Shown: positions 1 to 9,768, numbered from the stretch's first letter. The stretch: 64,000 nucleotides of DNA from Verrucomicrobiales bacterium (GCA_037445715.1 JBBIJZ010000003.1:19935-83934), one strand, 5' to 3'. Notes: generated from the letters alone by a model not told the origin. Program-made: numbers and translations.

Positions 1-2602
1 TGTGCCAGCCCAGCCTGGCGGCCAGACGCCGCGCCAGCGCGCGCAGCTCCGCTGGGTCGAGCTCAACGCGGCGGACCGCCACGTCCAGCACGAACAGGAC
101 GATGGCCAGCCGCAGCAACCACGGCCAGAGCTCGTGTGGCTGCCAGGTCCGCCGACGGTCGAGGCGGAAGGGATCGTCCCGGGGCTGGTCCAGGGCGAGC
201 AACCGACCGCCGGTGATGTCGGCCAGTTGACGAAGCAGGGTGGTGTGAACGCCGGTTGTCTCGAGTTCCGGCGAATAATTCATACTGGCGCCCAGGGTCT
301 GGGCCGCGCGCACCGCGCCCCCTTCCCAGTGTTGGAGGTTGACGAGGTACACCCCCGGCTCGCGCAGGGCGAACCGGCCGGCATAGCGGCCGGGACCGGT
401 CTGGTCCAGGGTGACAACCTGCCGTGCGCCGGTAGGGCTGAATACGGCCGCGCGAAGTTCGAGGAAGTTCAGTTCGTTGCCCGCGGCATCCAGCGCCTCG
501 ACGCTCACATGGCCTTCGCCGCTCTCGACGGCGACTTCCGCGGCGAAGCCCGGGTTGACCGTGCGGCGCAGGCTCCAGTCCAGCACCTGGCGCCAGAACG
601 CGGCGTACCCCGGCCAGGCCAGCCAGTGCTGCGCCCACCGCGCACGGGCATCCGAGGTGAAGGCGACCACCCGCCCCAGACCATATTGCCAGTGGGCCAG
701 CAGCGGTGTGCCCCGATCGGTGAGGAGCGGGGTCTCGGCGCGCGGCTTGGGCTCGGTGATTACGTGGCCCAGCAAGGGCGGGGCCGACGCCCAGTCCAAG
801 CCGCGGGTCACCTCGGTGGGCAGCACCAGCCGCGGCTGGAAGGGTTCCTCGTGAATGGCGGTTTTGAGCACCACCGCCGCCTCCTGGAGGAACGCCTGCG
901 GCACCTGGTCGAGGCTGCGGGCGTGGATGAACCGGCCGCCGCCCAACTCGGCCAGCAGGCTGAGCCGCGCCGCGTCCAGGTCGTCGCCGATGCCCACGGT
1001 GGAGAGGGTGATGCGCGCCCGGGCCATGGCGCGGGCCACGCCCTCGAAGTCGCCGGGGGTGGATTGGCCGTCGGTCAGGACGATGACGTGCTTGAGCGCG
1101 GCGGGGGCTTGGATGAGGAGCTGAAGGGCATGTGCGAGCGGGGGATGGAGGCTGGTGCCGCCCCCGGCCTGGATGCCGCTGATCTGCCTCCGGAGGTCGT
1201 TGCGGCGGGCCGCCGGCTGGAGGTCGGCCACCACGCTGAACGTGCTGTCGAAGGCGATGACGGCGACAAGGTCGCGGTCGGAGAGCGCGGAGATCGCGGC
1301 CAGGGCCGCCTGTTTGGCCACCTCGATTTTTTCGCCGGACATGCTGCCGGACTTGTCCAGCACCAGCACCAACGCGCCGGGGGGCAGAAGCTGCTGGCTG
1401 CTCAATTCCGACTCGACGGGCAGGAGGTCGTTGAGGCGCGAGCCACGGTAGCCTCCCGCCCCGTAGGCGCGGTCGCCGCCCACGCAGACCAGGCCCAGCC
1501 CGAAGTCGCGCACGGCGGTCTCGAGTTGCGCGTCCGACCCGGCGGGGAGATCGCCGGCGCTGACGTTGCCGAGGACGAGGGCATCGTAGCTCCGGAGCTC
1601 GGCCAGCGAGTCCGGCCAGGCGGGCGGTGTGCTCACCACCACGCGGGCGCCCCGCGCGCCGAGCACCGCGGCCAGCGGGGCCTCGGCGACCGGGTCGCTG
1701 GAGACCAGCAACACGCGCGGTTCCCCGCGGACCTCGGTGAAGCCGAAGGCCCGGTTGTTCCGGGGCCGGCTGTCCCGGTCGGTCTCGACCTGAACTTCGT
1801 AGGTGTAAAAGCCCGGCTCGGTCAGGGTCTGGGGAAAGGCCAGGAGGTTTTTGCCTGCCTCGAGGGTGAGGACTTGTCCGCCCAGGAGATGGTGATTGCG
1901 GAGAAGGCGCACCGTCACCGGCCCCGCCTCATCGGCGTGGAGGAAAGCCTTGACCTCGAAGCTCTGGCCCTGCTTGACGTCGGCCGGGGCCAGCAGCCGC
2001 TGCACCGAGACGTCCGGGGCGCGCTCGGCCGGCAACGGCACGGGGAAGACACCCACCTGTTGCGCGCGAGCCAGGGCGGCGGCACGGAGGGCATCGCCCT
2101 GGTTTTCGTAGCCGTCGGTCAGCAGCACCACCCGCCGCTGGCCGTGCTCGGGAAAAGCGGCGGTGGCCAGGCGCAGGGCCGCACCGAGGTCGGTGCGTTC
2201 GCCGGGAACGACCGTGGCGACGCGCGCCAGCCGCAAGCCGGGCTGGAGGGAGGCCTCGATGCGTGCCTCGCCGCCATAGACGATCACCCCGGCGCGGTCG
2301 TCCGCGGGCATGGCACGGGTGACCTGCCGGACCCACTCGAGGGCGTCCCGCTGCCGGGCAGGGGGCACACTGTCCGAGTGGTCGAGCAGGAAGAAGACAT
2401 GCAGGCGGTCGAGCGGTTGCAACCAGCGGGCCCCGGCCAGAGCGCCGATCCAAAGCCCGGTCACTGCCACCCGCAACGCGCAGGCCATGCCGCGTCGCCG
2501 CACGGAGAGCGAGCTGTCCGACCGAAAGGTCAGCCAGCCCAGCCAGGCCAGCACCGGCGGCAACAACCAGAGCCATTGGGGATGGGTGAACTCGATTGGC
2601 AT
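1..2602 (-). CDS. VWA domain-containing membrane protein (BatA-like N-terminus, two vWA/MIDAS domains); C-terminal end runs off the window
   Basis: Absent from the ORF track because there is no in-window stop. My translation of the minus strand from ATG (complement of 2600..2602) is open for 867 codons. It begins MPIEFTHPQWLWLLPPVLAWLGWL (BatA-type N-terminal TM motif). DxSxS MIDAS motifs occur in FFLLDHSDSVPP and LVLDKSGSMSGEKI, and VIVLTDGQSTPGD follows. A late TM segment reads LWPWLLRLAIVLFVLDV. Confidence 0.8.
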   Translation of the reverse strand, partial: MPIEFTHPQWLWLLPPVLAWLGWLTFRSDSSLSVRRRGMACALRVAVTGLWIGALAGARWLQPLDRLHVFFLLDHSDSVPPARQRDALEWVRQVTRAMPADDRAGVIVYGGEARIEASLQPGLRLARVATVVPGERTDLGAALRLATAAFPEHGQRRVVLLTDGYENQGDALRAAALARAQQVGVFPVPLPAERAPDVSVQRLLAPADVKQGQSFEVKAFLHADEAGPVTVRLLRNHHLLGGQVLTLEAGKNLLAFPQTLTEPGFYTYEVQVETDRDSRPRNNRAFGFTEVRGEPRVLLVSSDPVAEAPLAAVLGARGARVVVSTPPAWPDSLAELRSYDALVLGNVSAGDLPAGSDAQLETAVRDFGLGLVCVGGDRAYGAGGYRGSRLNDLLPVESELSSQQLLPPGALVLVLDKSGSMSGEKIEVAKQAALAAISALSDRDLVAVIAFDSTFSVVADLQPAARRNDLRRQISGIQAGGGTSLHPPLAHALQLLIQAPAALKHVIVLTDGQSTPGDFEGVARAMARARITLSTVGIGDDLDAARLSLLAELGGGRFIHARSLDQVPQAFLQEAAVVLKTAIHEEPFQPRLVLPTEVTRGLDWASAPPLLGHVITEPKPRAETPLLTDRGTPLLAHWQYGLGRVVAFTSDARARWAQHWLAWPGYAAFWRQVLDWSLRRTVNPGFAAEVAVESGEGHVSVEALDAAGNELNFLELRAAVFSPTGARQVVTLDQTGPGRYAGRFALREPGVYLVNLQHWEGGAVRAAQTLGASMNYSPELETTGVHTTLLRQLADITGGRLLALDQPRDDPFRLDRRRTWQPHELWPWLLRLAIVLFVLDVAVRRVELDPAELRALARRLAARLGWH

Positions 2603-2701
2603 GCGGTTCGTTTGCCGGAGGTTACCTCTACCACAGGCCGGCGTGGGGGCAACGTTTCTGCGGCGCGGCGCACCGCCCGTCCCGCGGCGGCTTGCCCGGC
2701 C

Positions 2702-3616
2702 TCAGGTCTGAACCACCGCCTGGAGCATGGGGCGGAAGCGGCACAGGCGCGTCAAGCCGGCCTCTCCGAGCACGAGGAGCGCGGTGGACAGGGCGTCCGC
2801 CTCGAGGGCGGAAGGCAGGACCACCGCCGCCTGGAGGGTGCGGCGAACCGGTTCGCCGGTGCGCGGGTCCAGCACGTGGCCCCAGGGCTTGCCCGGCAAG
2901 AGGACGACCAGGCCGCCCACGGCCGACACGCCCAGGGCGTTGTCGGCCAGCTCGAATTCGGCCAGCCAGGGTTCTGCGGTTTGCCCCGTTCGGGCCGGCT
3001 GCAGGTCGGGGGCAGCCGCGGGGGGCAGGGCCACTTTCCAGGGCCGGCCGTCGGGCTGGTGGCCGAGGGCGAAGACACTGCTGGTCCCGCCGTGGATCAG
3101 ACCGCGAGTCACGCCGGCTTCGCGCAAGATGTCCACCGCCCGGTCCAGGGCATAGCCCTTGCCACAGGCGCCCAGATCGAGCCGCACGCCGGGATGGGTG
3201 AAGTGCACGGTGAAGTCGGCGGGGTTGAGTTCGACCTTGTCCATCCCCACGCCCGCGCGGACCTCGGCCACTTCCGCCGGCGTCGGCTCGCGGACCTCGC
3301 CGCCGCGGAAGCCCCACAGGCGCATGAGCGGTCCGATGGTGGGGTCAAAGGCGCCCTCGGTGAGTTCCCAGAGGAGGCGGGCCTGTGCGAGGAGGTGAAA
3401 GACCGGCGGGCTGACCTTGACCGGGCCGGCGGCGGCTTCGCGGTTGAGGCGGGCGATTTCGCTGGTGGGGCGGAAGAGGCTCAGTTGGGCCTCGAGCCGC
3501 TCGATTTCGTCCAGGGCTTCCTCGCCGGCGGCGCGCAGGGCGGGTTCCCGCTCGCCGGGCAGGACCAGCTCGAAGCGGGTGTTCATCGCCCGGCGGGCAA
3601 GCAGGACGGTGTTCAC
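2702..3616 (-). CDS. apbE: FAD:protein FMN transferase (ApbE family)
   Basis: 304-aa ORF. ApbE-like stretches: MNTRFELVL, FRPTSEIARLN, GAFDPTIGPLMRLWGF, LDLGACGKGYALDRA, HVLDPRTGEP. Confidence 0.88.
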   Translation of the reverse strand: MNTVLLARRAMNTRFELVLPGEREPALRAAGEEALDEIERLEAQLSLFRPTSEIARLNREAAAGPVKVSPPVFHLLAQARLLWELTEGAFDPTIGPLMRLWGFRGGEVREPTPAEVAEVRAGVGMDKVELNPADFTVHFTHPGVRLDLGACGKGYALDRAVDILREAGVTRGLIHGGTSSVFALGHQPDGRPWKVALPPAAAPDLQPARTGQTAEPWLAEFELADNALGVSAVGGLVVLLPGKPWGHVLDPRTGEPVRRTLQAAVVLPSALEADALSTALLVLGEAGLTRLCRFRPMLQAVVQT

Positions 3617-3679
3617 AGACAGCCAAGAAAAAAGGCTTCGCGGCAGGACCGCGAAGCCCGGTTCACTTCACAGGGCCGG

Positions 3680-5056
3680 TCAGGAAGGCTTCAGCACGCC
3701 GTAATACGCCGGCTCGACCTTGCGGCCGGAGCCGTCGGTGATGGTGCGGGTCTTCTCGTCGTAGTGGCAGGTGATGCCCATGCGATCGGACATTTCGCCC
3801 AGGGAGACGACGGTTTGGACCCGGATGGCCAGCTCGATGTTGGCGTTGGGCGCCTTGCCGGAGCGGATGCAGGCCAACCAGTTGGATTCGTGCACGCCGA
3901 TGTCTTCGACGGGCTCGAGATTGGGATAACGCTCGGGGTCAATCTCGTCGGTGAACGGCCGCTCGGGCTTGAGTTCGACGGTGTTCCCGCCGATGTAGAG
4001 CGTGGCGTGGTGGCCGCGAATGATGTCGGGCAGGCCCTGTTCGTTGACCGAGGAACTGCAGACCATGAGGCTGTAGCCGCTGGGGAATTCGGCGATGAGG
4101 GTGATGCACTCGGGCACGTCGCGAATGGGGGTGCCGGGGGTGTTTTTGTCGGTCAGGATTTTCTTGGTGCCGAGGGCGGCCACGCGCACCGGGAATTCGG
4201 GATTGCCGGTGGCCAGCAGCAGGGGATGCAGGCGGTGCGGGAACAGGTCGCCCAGCAAGCCCGCGCAGTAAGGGTAGTATTTGCGCCAGCGGAAGAAGTG
4301 GTCGGGATTGAATTCCGGCCGGGTCTTGATGTTGGGGCCCAGCCACTCGTTCCAATTGATGCTGTCGGCCTTGAGGTCGGGTTCGATGGTGTAATTCCAT
4401 TCGCCCTTGGGCGAATTGCGCATGTACGAGCCCTGGCCCAGGACCAGCGGCCCGATCTTGCCTTCCTTGACCAGCTCGGCGGCCTTGTGCCACTTGGCGT
4501 CCGAGCAACCCTGCGAACCGACCTGGAAGACCTTGCCGGTGGCCTTGACCGTGTCCCAAACCTCCCAGGCCTCGGGCAGGTAGCGGGCCATCGGCTTCTC
4601 CACGTAGATGTGCTTGCCGGCCTTCATGGCATCAATGGCCACGCGGGCGTGCCAGTGGTCCACCGTGGCGCAGATGACCGCGTCAATGTCCTTGTTCTCC
4701 AGCAACCGGCGGTAGTCGTCGTAGGTCTTGGCGTCGCCGCCGACCTTGGCCCGGGCCATTTCGCGCCGCTTCTCCCACAGGTCGCAAAAGGCGGCCAGGG
4801 CCACGTTGTTCTTCTCGGCGTTGGCCTTCATCTTGTCCACGTGGAGCTGGCCTTGCGGCCCGAGGCCGACAAAGCCGACCACGATGCGGTCATTGGCGCC
4901 GATGACCCGGCCGGTGGCCGGCGCGGTACCCTGGCCGTACACGGGGGGCTTGAAGAGGTTCGCGGTGGCGGCCGCGGCCGTGGCGGCGGCGGTGGTTTTG
5001 AGGAAGCCCCGACGGGTTTGGAGGGCGGCCGGCGCGGTTTTTTGTGGCGTTTGCAT
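3680..5056 (-). CDS. Gfo/Idh/MocA family oxidoreductase with twin-arginine signal peptide
   Basis: The track ORF is 3680..5209. I trimmed it to the internal ATG at complement 5054..5056 (MQTPQKTAPAALQTRRGFLKTTAAATAAAA, a Tat motif). Rossmann stretch VGFVGLGPQG, then HIYVEKPMA typical of the family. Confidence 0.85.
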   Translation of the reverse strand: MQTPQKTAPAALQTRRGFLKTTAAATAAAATANLFKPPVYGQGTAPATGRVIGANDRIVVGFVGLGPQGQLHVDKMKANAEKNNVALAAFCDLWEKRREMARAKVGGDAKTYDDYRRLLENKDIDAVICATVDHWHARVAIDAMKAGKHIYVEKPMARYLPEAWEVWDTVKATGKVFQVGSQGCSDAKWHKAAELVKEGKIGPLVLGQGSYMRNSPKGEWNYTIEPDLKADSINWNEWLGPNIKTRPEFNPDHFFRWRKYYPYCAGLLGDLFPHRLHPLLLATGNPEFPVRVAALGTKKILTDKNTPGTPIRDVPECITLIAEFPSGYSLMVCSSSVNEQGLPDIIRGHHATLYIGGNTVELKPERPFTDEIDPERYPNLEPVEDIGVHESNWLACIRSGKAPNANIELAIRVQTVVSLGEMSDRMGITCHYDEKTRTITDGSGRKVEPAYYGVLKPS

Positions 5057-5252
5057 AATCAGATGGTCCGCAAAAGTGCGTTGTTGGACGCAGCCTAAGC
5101 CGTGCCTGTTCAGCGTCAACCGCGAAGGCGGCGGCCGCGGGGGATGAGTCGCAAACCTCCCTTGCGGTGGGCGCACCTTCCGAACGGGGGGCGAATACCG
5201 GCGGGGCACGTTTCAAGATTGATTCGCCACGCCCCTGCCCCCAACTTGGGCC

Positions 5253-6122
5253 ATGCGCGTGATCACTTCCGTGGTCGCCATGCAACGCCGGGCCCTGGGC
5301 TGGCGTCGCCGCGGCGTGCGGGTGGGGTTCGTGCCCACGATGGGGTACCTGCACGCGGGGCACCTGAGCCTGGTGCGCGCCGCCCGCCGCCGCGTGGGCC
5401 CGCGGGGGGTGGTGGTGGTGAGCATCTACGTCAATCCCACCCAGTTCGCGCCCCATGAGGACCTGGCCCGCTATCCGCGCGACCTGGCCCGCGACCTGCG
5501 CCTCTGCCGGCAGGCCGGCGTGGACGTGGTCTTTGCCCCCACCGATGCCGAGATGTACCCCCGGCCGCCGGGCGCCGAGTACAGCACCTACGTGGTCGAG
5601 GAAGCCCTGTCCCGCGGCATGGAAGGCGCCGCCCGTCCGACCCATTTCCGCGGCGTCACCACGGTCGTGGCCAAGCTCTTCAATCTGGTGCTGCCGGACG
5701 TGGCCGTCTTCGGCGCCAAGGACTACCAGCAGGCGGCGGTGGTGCGGCGGATGGTGCGCGACCTGAACTTCCCCGTGCAAATCCTCGTGGCGCCCACCGT
5801 GCGCGAGCCGGACGGCCTGGCGATGAGTTCGCGCAACCAATACCTCGATGCCGCAACGCGTCCCCAGGCCACCGTGCTCTGGCAGGCAATTGAAGCGGTG
5901 CGCCGGCGGGTCCGCGCCGCACCGGCGGGCCTGCCGGCGGCGCGCCTGAGCCGGTCGGTCCGGGCCCTCGTGGCCCGGGCGCCGGCGGCCCGGCTGGACT
6001 ACGTGGCGTTCTTCGATCCGGACACGCTGCAGGCCGTGCGGACCGTGCGGCGCGGCGCGCACATGGCGCTGGCGGTTTATCTGGGCTCCACCCGGCTCAT
6101 TGACAACGCGCGGCTCGACTGA
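5253..6122 (+). CDS. panC: pantoate--beta-alanine ligase
   Basis: 289 aa. Motifs: VPTMGYLHAGHLSLV (HxGH), VSIYVNPTQF, AMSSRN. Confidence 0.95.
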   Translation: MRVITSVVAMQRRALGWRRRGVRVGFVPTMGYLHAGHLSLVRAARRRVGPRGVVVVSIYVNPTQFAPHEDLARYPRDLARDLRLCRQAGVDVVFAPTDAEMYPRPPGAEYSTYVVEEALSRGMEGAARPTHFRGVTTVVAKLFNLVLPDVAVFGAKDYQQAAVVRRMVRDLNFPVQILVAPTVREPDGLAMSSRNQYLDAATRPQATVLWQAIEAVRRRVRAAPAGLPAARLSRSVRALVARAPAARLDYVAFFDPDTLQAVRTVRRGAHMALAVYLGSTRLIDNARLD

Positions 6123-6128
6123 GGCTTC

Positions 6129-7739
6129 ATGGAAACTCCCCGGCGGTTTGATCACCTGGTCATCGGCAGCGGCATCGCGGGTCTGTTCTACGCCCTCAAG
6201 GTGGCCGACCACGGCACCGTGGCGCTGGTCACCAAGAAAACCAGCGCCGAGTCCAACACCAACTACGCCCAGGGCGGCATCGCCTCGGTGATGAGCCCCG
6301 AGGATTCCTTCGAGCTGCACGTGCAGGACACGCTCACCGCCGGGGCCGGCCTGTGCAAGGAGGAGGTGGTGCGCACCGTGGTGCGCGAAGGCCCCGAGCG
6401 GGTGCGCGAACTCATGGCCCTGGGCCTGCAATTCACCGAGCGCGAAGTGCCCGGTCAGCCCGGCCGCCGTGAGCTGGACCTGGGCCGGGAGGGCGGGCAC
6501 TCCAAGCGCCGCATCGTCCATGCCCGGGACATGACCGGCCGCGAGATCGAGCGGGCCCTGGTCGCCGCCGCCGAACACCACCCGAACATCCGCATCTTCG
6601 AGAACCACTTCGCCGTGGACCTCATCACCACGCACAAGCTGGGGGTGGACGGCGTCAACCGCTGCCTCGGGGCGTACGTGCTGGACAAGGCCACCGGCCG
6701 GGTGGAGGTCTTCGCCGCGCCGGTCGTGGTGCTGGCCACCGGCGGCTGCGGCAAGGTGTACCTCTACACGACCAACCCCGACATCGCCACCGGCGACGGC
6801 GTGGCCATGGCCTACCGGGCGGGCGCGGCCGTGGCCAACATGGAATTCATCCAGTTCCACCCCACCTGCTTGTACCATCCCAAGCTCAAATCCTTCCTCA
6901 TCAGCGAGGCCGTGCGCGGGGAGGGCGCCGTGCTGCGTGGCCCGGACGGCCAGGAATTCATGGCCCGCTACGACCCCCGCAAGGAACTGGCCCCGCGCGA
7001 CATCGTGGCCCGCGCCATTGACAGCGAGATGAAACGCACCGGGGCCGACCACGTCTGGCTGGACATCACCCACAAACCGGCGCCGTTCATCATCCAGCGC
7101 TTTCCCAACATCTACCGCACCTGCCTCGAGGTGGGTCTGGACATCACCAAGGAGCCCATCCCCGTCGTCCCCGCCGCCCATTACCAGTGCGGCGGCGTCC
7201 TCACGGACCTCAACGGCGCCACGGAGATCGCGGGACTGTATGCCATCGGCGAAGTGGCCTGCACCGGGCTGCACGGCGCCAATCGTCTGGCCAGCAACTC
7301 GCTGCTCGAGGCGCTGGTCTGCGCCCACCGCGCCGCCCGCCAGGTCCTGGAACGCCCGCTGCCGCCCGGCGACCTGCCCATCCCGCCCTGGCAGTCCGGC
7401 AACGCCCAGAACCCCGACGAGCTGGTGGTCATCTCGCATCTCTGGGACGAAATCCGCCGCCTGATGTGGGACTACGTGGCCATCGTGCGGACCAACAAGC
7501 GCCTCCAGCGCGCCGCCAACCGCATCGCCAACCTGCAGGCCGAAATCCGCCAGTACTACTGGGACTTCATCGTCACCGCCGACCTGCTCGAACTGCGCAA
7601 CATCGCCATCGTGGCGGACCTCATCGTTCGCTGCGCCATGCAACGACCCGAAAGCCGCGGCCTGCACTACAACCTCGATTACCCCCACCCCGATCCCGCC
7701 TGGGCCCAGCGCGACACCGTGGTGCGGCGCGGGGTGTAG
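6129..7739 (+). CDS. nadB: L-aspartate oxidase
   Basis: 536 aa. FAD motif VIGSGIAGL, then [47 protein letters not shown]. Confidence 0.95.
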   Translation: METPRRFDHLVIGSGIAGLFYALKVADHGTVALVTKKTSAESNTNYAQGGIASVMSPEDSFELHVQDTLTAGAGLCKEEVVRTVVREGPERVRELMALGLQFTEREVPGQPGRRELDLGREGGHSKRRIVHARDMTGREIERALVAAAEHHPNIRIFENHFAVDLITTHKLGVDGVNRCLGAYVLDKATGRVEVFAAPVVVLATGGCGKVYLYTTNPDIATGDGVAMAYRAGAAVANMEFIQFHPTCLYHPKLKSFLISEAVRGEGAVLRGPDGQEFMARYDPRKELAPRDIVARAIDSEMKRTGADHVWLDITHKPAPFIIQRFPNIYRTCLEVGLDITKEPIPVVPAAHYQCGGVLTDLNGATEIAGLYAIGEVACTGLHGANRLASNSLLEALVCAHRAARQVLERPLPPGDLPIPPWQSGNAQNPDELVVISHLWDEIRRLMWDYVAIVRTNKRLQRAANRIANLQAEIRQYYWDFIVTADLLELRNIAIVADLIVRCAMQRPESRGLHYNLDYPHPDPAWAQRDTVVRRGV

Positions 7740-7750
7740 CCGGTGTAATC

Positions 7751-7835
7751 CCACAAACCGTAGTGGGCCGTGGCGCAGTGCCTCCCGCCTGCTCAACTTC
7801 GGTCTTTGGGTTCAATCGCGCAGCGGGGTCGTCTC
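7751..7835 (+). repeat. Copy A of a ~50-90 bp intergenic repeat family (core 7765..7813)
   Basis: The core gggccgtggcgcagtgcctcccgcctgctcaacttcggtctttgggttc matches the reverse complement of 13880..13928 at 45 of 49 positions (manual alignment). Weaker similarity continues on both sides. Confidence 0.75.
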
Positions 7836-8115
7836 ACGTTCCCGCCGTTTGCTTTGGCCCGGACACAACCCCCCATAGTGGCGCGGGCGACCCCGCCTGC
7901 CGTGAGGCATGCGGTCGCGATGCCAAAAAAGCTGAAAAAAAGATTGACACCGCGCGCCAAGATGATGACAGTCCACCCAGTCCTGCGCTGGAGGACTTAA
8001 GACGAGGTGAAGGATAAGACATTGCAACATTCAGACTGGGACTGCTGCGCCAAGGGGTGTGGCAGACTGTGGCTGCGCCCACGGCACACCGGCTTAGGAA
8101 CAGCGCAGGGCTTGT

Positions 8116-9420
8116 GTGCTCCCCCTGCGTGGCTCAACCCTTCCCGGCTTGGACATCCGTCCTTCGTCCCTGGTCGTTGATCTTGGTCGCCGTCTTCGTT
8201 CTGCGCTCCGCGTTCCGCATTCCGCTTTCCTGTTCATCGAGTTATTGATGGCGCTGGCACTCTGCGGTGTTTTGGCTCGCTCGCAGGTGGCCACTGCCGA
8301 GCCTACACCAAGCCCGGCTCAGAGGTATGCTGTGCCGGAGCCGTCGCTGGTGCGCGATCTTCTGCTGACAGAGGCGCGGGGCATTGTTGAGGGACCCGAG
8401 TCCGCTGCTCAGGCAAACCCTGTCCAGCAGCCTTGGACGAGAGACGGCAGCCAGCCGTTCCGCGACGCGATCGCTTCACACGTCCCGGTCAAGCGGCTGG
8501 TGTTTCGATATTCACGCAATCACATAACCGACCTTACCAATCCCAGGAAGCCGACGTACCCGCCGGGATTTGACGAGTTCGAAGGCGCGGTCCAACCTTC
8601 AGGGTACTACTTGTTGAAGCTACCTCACTCTAGCGCAAGGGTAGACAATCACAATCCCGTTGGAGAAACTCTGGCAAGCGGTGCTTCCTCCTGTTTCTGG
8701 TGGCAACTGAATGATAATTACGATTCCCTTCGCGTTGCCACAAGGAACAATGCCAAATGGCCTATGGATCCCGTAGCCGTGGTTTGTACGATGGACTTCG
8801 ACAAACTCGCCGAAGTCGCCCACTGCGGTATGCTACACATCGCAGACGCCGATATTCGTTGGTTGGATCCACGCCGCTTCCGCGCTGAATCCCAACGTTT
8901 CGGCATACTTGAAGGCCAGATTGCTTCCTTTGATGACACCGGTCGCCCAACGCGCCTTTGGTACCACTCGCCGACCAATTCTGTCATTGGCTCGTTCGAC
9001 ATCTGTTACAGTTACAAGGATGCGACGCTGTTCCCCCCATCCACTATGATTGTCCGTCGCACCGGCCCCGGCCAGAATCGGCCTCCCTACACCAACATCA
9101 TACTTTCCTACGACCCTGGACTTCAAATGGAGGCGACAAACGGATTTGTGCCATCGCAGTTCCGGCGCAAGAGCCAGCCGCTCGCTACTTTCATCGTATA
9201 TTCTAATTCCGTTCGCTACAAAGTGCTGCCTAACGGACAGTGGTATCCCGCTCCGGAGTCGGAGTGGGAGACGCCGGGATTGGCTCCTCGCTCGGCTACC
9301 ATGGCCGCGAGTTCCTTTACCTTCGCGCTTGCGGTTCTCGGCTTCGCTGCCACGGCTCTGGCCACGTGGCAGCGCGCCAAACAACCTAGGCCAGTAGAAA
9401 AGGAAAGACATAGAATATGA
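8116..9420 (+). CDS. Large pilin-like protein (prepilin-type N-terminal cleavage/methylation-like motif) with C-terminal TM anchor; function unknown
   Basis: 434-aa ORF starting at GTG 8116. Residues 34-50, PHSAFLFIELLMALALC, fit the class III signal motif (A|F-x-x-x-E5-LL). They parallel NSHAFTLLELL in the pseudopilin at 11893..12825. The C-terminus has a hydrophobic helix plus basic tail, FTFALAVLGFAATALATWQRAKQPR. The first ATG (8248) would cut the motif, so an upstream non-ATG start (GTG 8116 or TTG 8149) is likely. Confidence 0.6.
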   Translation: MLPLRGSTLPGLDIRPSSLVVDLGRRLRSALRVPHSAFLFIELLMALALCGVLARSQVATAEPTPSPAQRYAVPEPSLVRDLLLTEARGIVEGPESAAQANPVQQPWTRDGSQPFRDAIASHVPVKRLVFRYSRNHITDLTNPRKPTYPPGFDEFEGAVQPSGYYLLKLPHSSARVDNHNPVGETLASGASSCFWWQLNDNYDSLRVATRNNAKWPMDPVAVVCTMDFDKLAEVAHCGMLHIADADIRWLDPRRFRAESQRFGILEGQIASFDDTGRPTRLWYHSPTNSVIGSFDICYSYKDATLFPPSTMIVRRTGPGQNRPPYTNIILSYDPGLQMEATNGFVPSQFRRKSQPLATFIVYSNSVRYKVLPNGQWYPAPESEWETPGLAPRSATMAASSFTFALAVLGFAATALATWQRAKQPRPVEKERHRI

Positions 9421-9722
9421 AGTTCGTTCAACGTTCGGCACTCTTCTCCGGGGTGCTCCTGATTGTCGTGACAGCCAACGCCATCTGCTGGTTGAACAGT
9501 GTGACGGAGTGCCCGAGCGCCATCAGGGATGGTGGCAATCCATGCGTTCTCGATCCATGGCCACAGCCTTGGTACCCGATGGCGCGAAGTGCCGCCACCG
9601 GTTTCGCCACGCTCGCGGGCGATGGACTGAAGCACTGTCAATATAAGTGCACGGGACCAAACGGGACGTACACAACAAGATACTTCGAAGGTGTGAACGC
9701 TACCGGATCCAGTTGCCCGTAG
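9417..9722 (+). CDS. Small secreted cysteine-rich protein (about 79-aa mature, 6 Cys), unknown family
   Basis: 101 aa. Its start overlaps the upstream stop (ATGA at 9417..9420). Signal peptide MKFVQRSALFSGVLLIVVTANA. Six Cys occur in the mature part, which also has NGT and NAT tripeptides. Confidence 0.55.
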   Translation: MKFVQRSALFSGVLLIVVTANAICWLNSVTECPSAIRDGGNPCVLDPWPQPWYPMARSAATGFATLAGDGLKHCQYKCTGPNGTYTTRYFEGVNATGSSCP

Positions 9723-9740
9723 CCGCGCCCAATGACTCGC

Positions 9741-9768
9741 TCCGGGGGCGGTTGTTGCCACCCCCGGA
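9741..9768 (+). promoter_or_regulatory. GC-rich hairpin just downstream of the small Cys-rich gene (possible intra-operon attenuator or processing site)
   Basis: tccggggg(9741-9748) cggttgttgcca cccccgga(9761-9768). This gives a perfect 8-bp stem and a 12-nt loop. No U-tract follows. Confidence 0.3.

Noticed and set aside
2-5098. 1698-aa plus-strand ORF, the longest in the track
   Set aside because: The translation is Arg/Gly/Ala/Pro-rich low-complexity sequence with no recognisable motifs. The opposite strand encodes three clearly recognisable proteins (VWA protein, ApbE, Gfo/Idh/MocA oxidoreductase). This is a typical stop-codon-poor antisense frame in ~70% GC DNA.
7765-7835. tRNA-like look of the repeat core (GGGCCGTGGCGCAGTG... 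and ...GGGTTCAATCG)
   Set aside because: The 5' end superficially resembles an acceptor stem plus D-arm, and GGTTCAATC resembles a T-loop. I could not pair a T-stem (CTTTG versus GCGCA), an anticodon stem or a 3' acceptor strand. The element also occurs in diverged copies, so it is a repeat and not a tRNA gene.
7921-7972. Sigma70-like promoter for the island operon (A-tracts plus TTGACA at 7944..7949)
   Set aside because: The -35 hexamer and the upstream A-rich tract are attractive. No acceptable -10 lies at 16-18 nt spacing (GACAGT or TGACAG). PVC promoter consensus is uncertain, so I did not call it as a feature.
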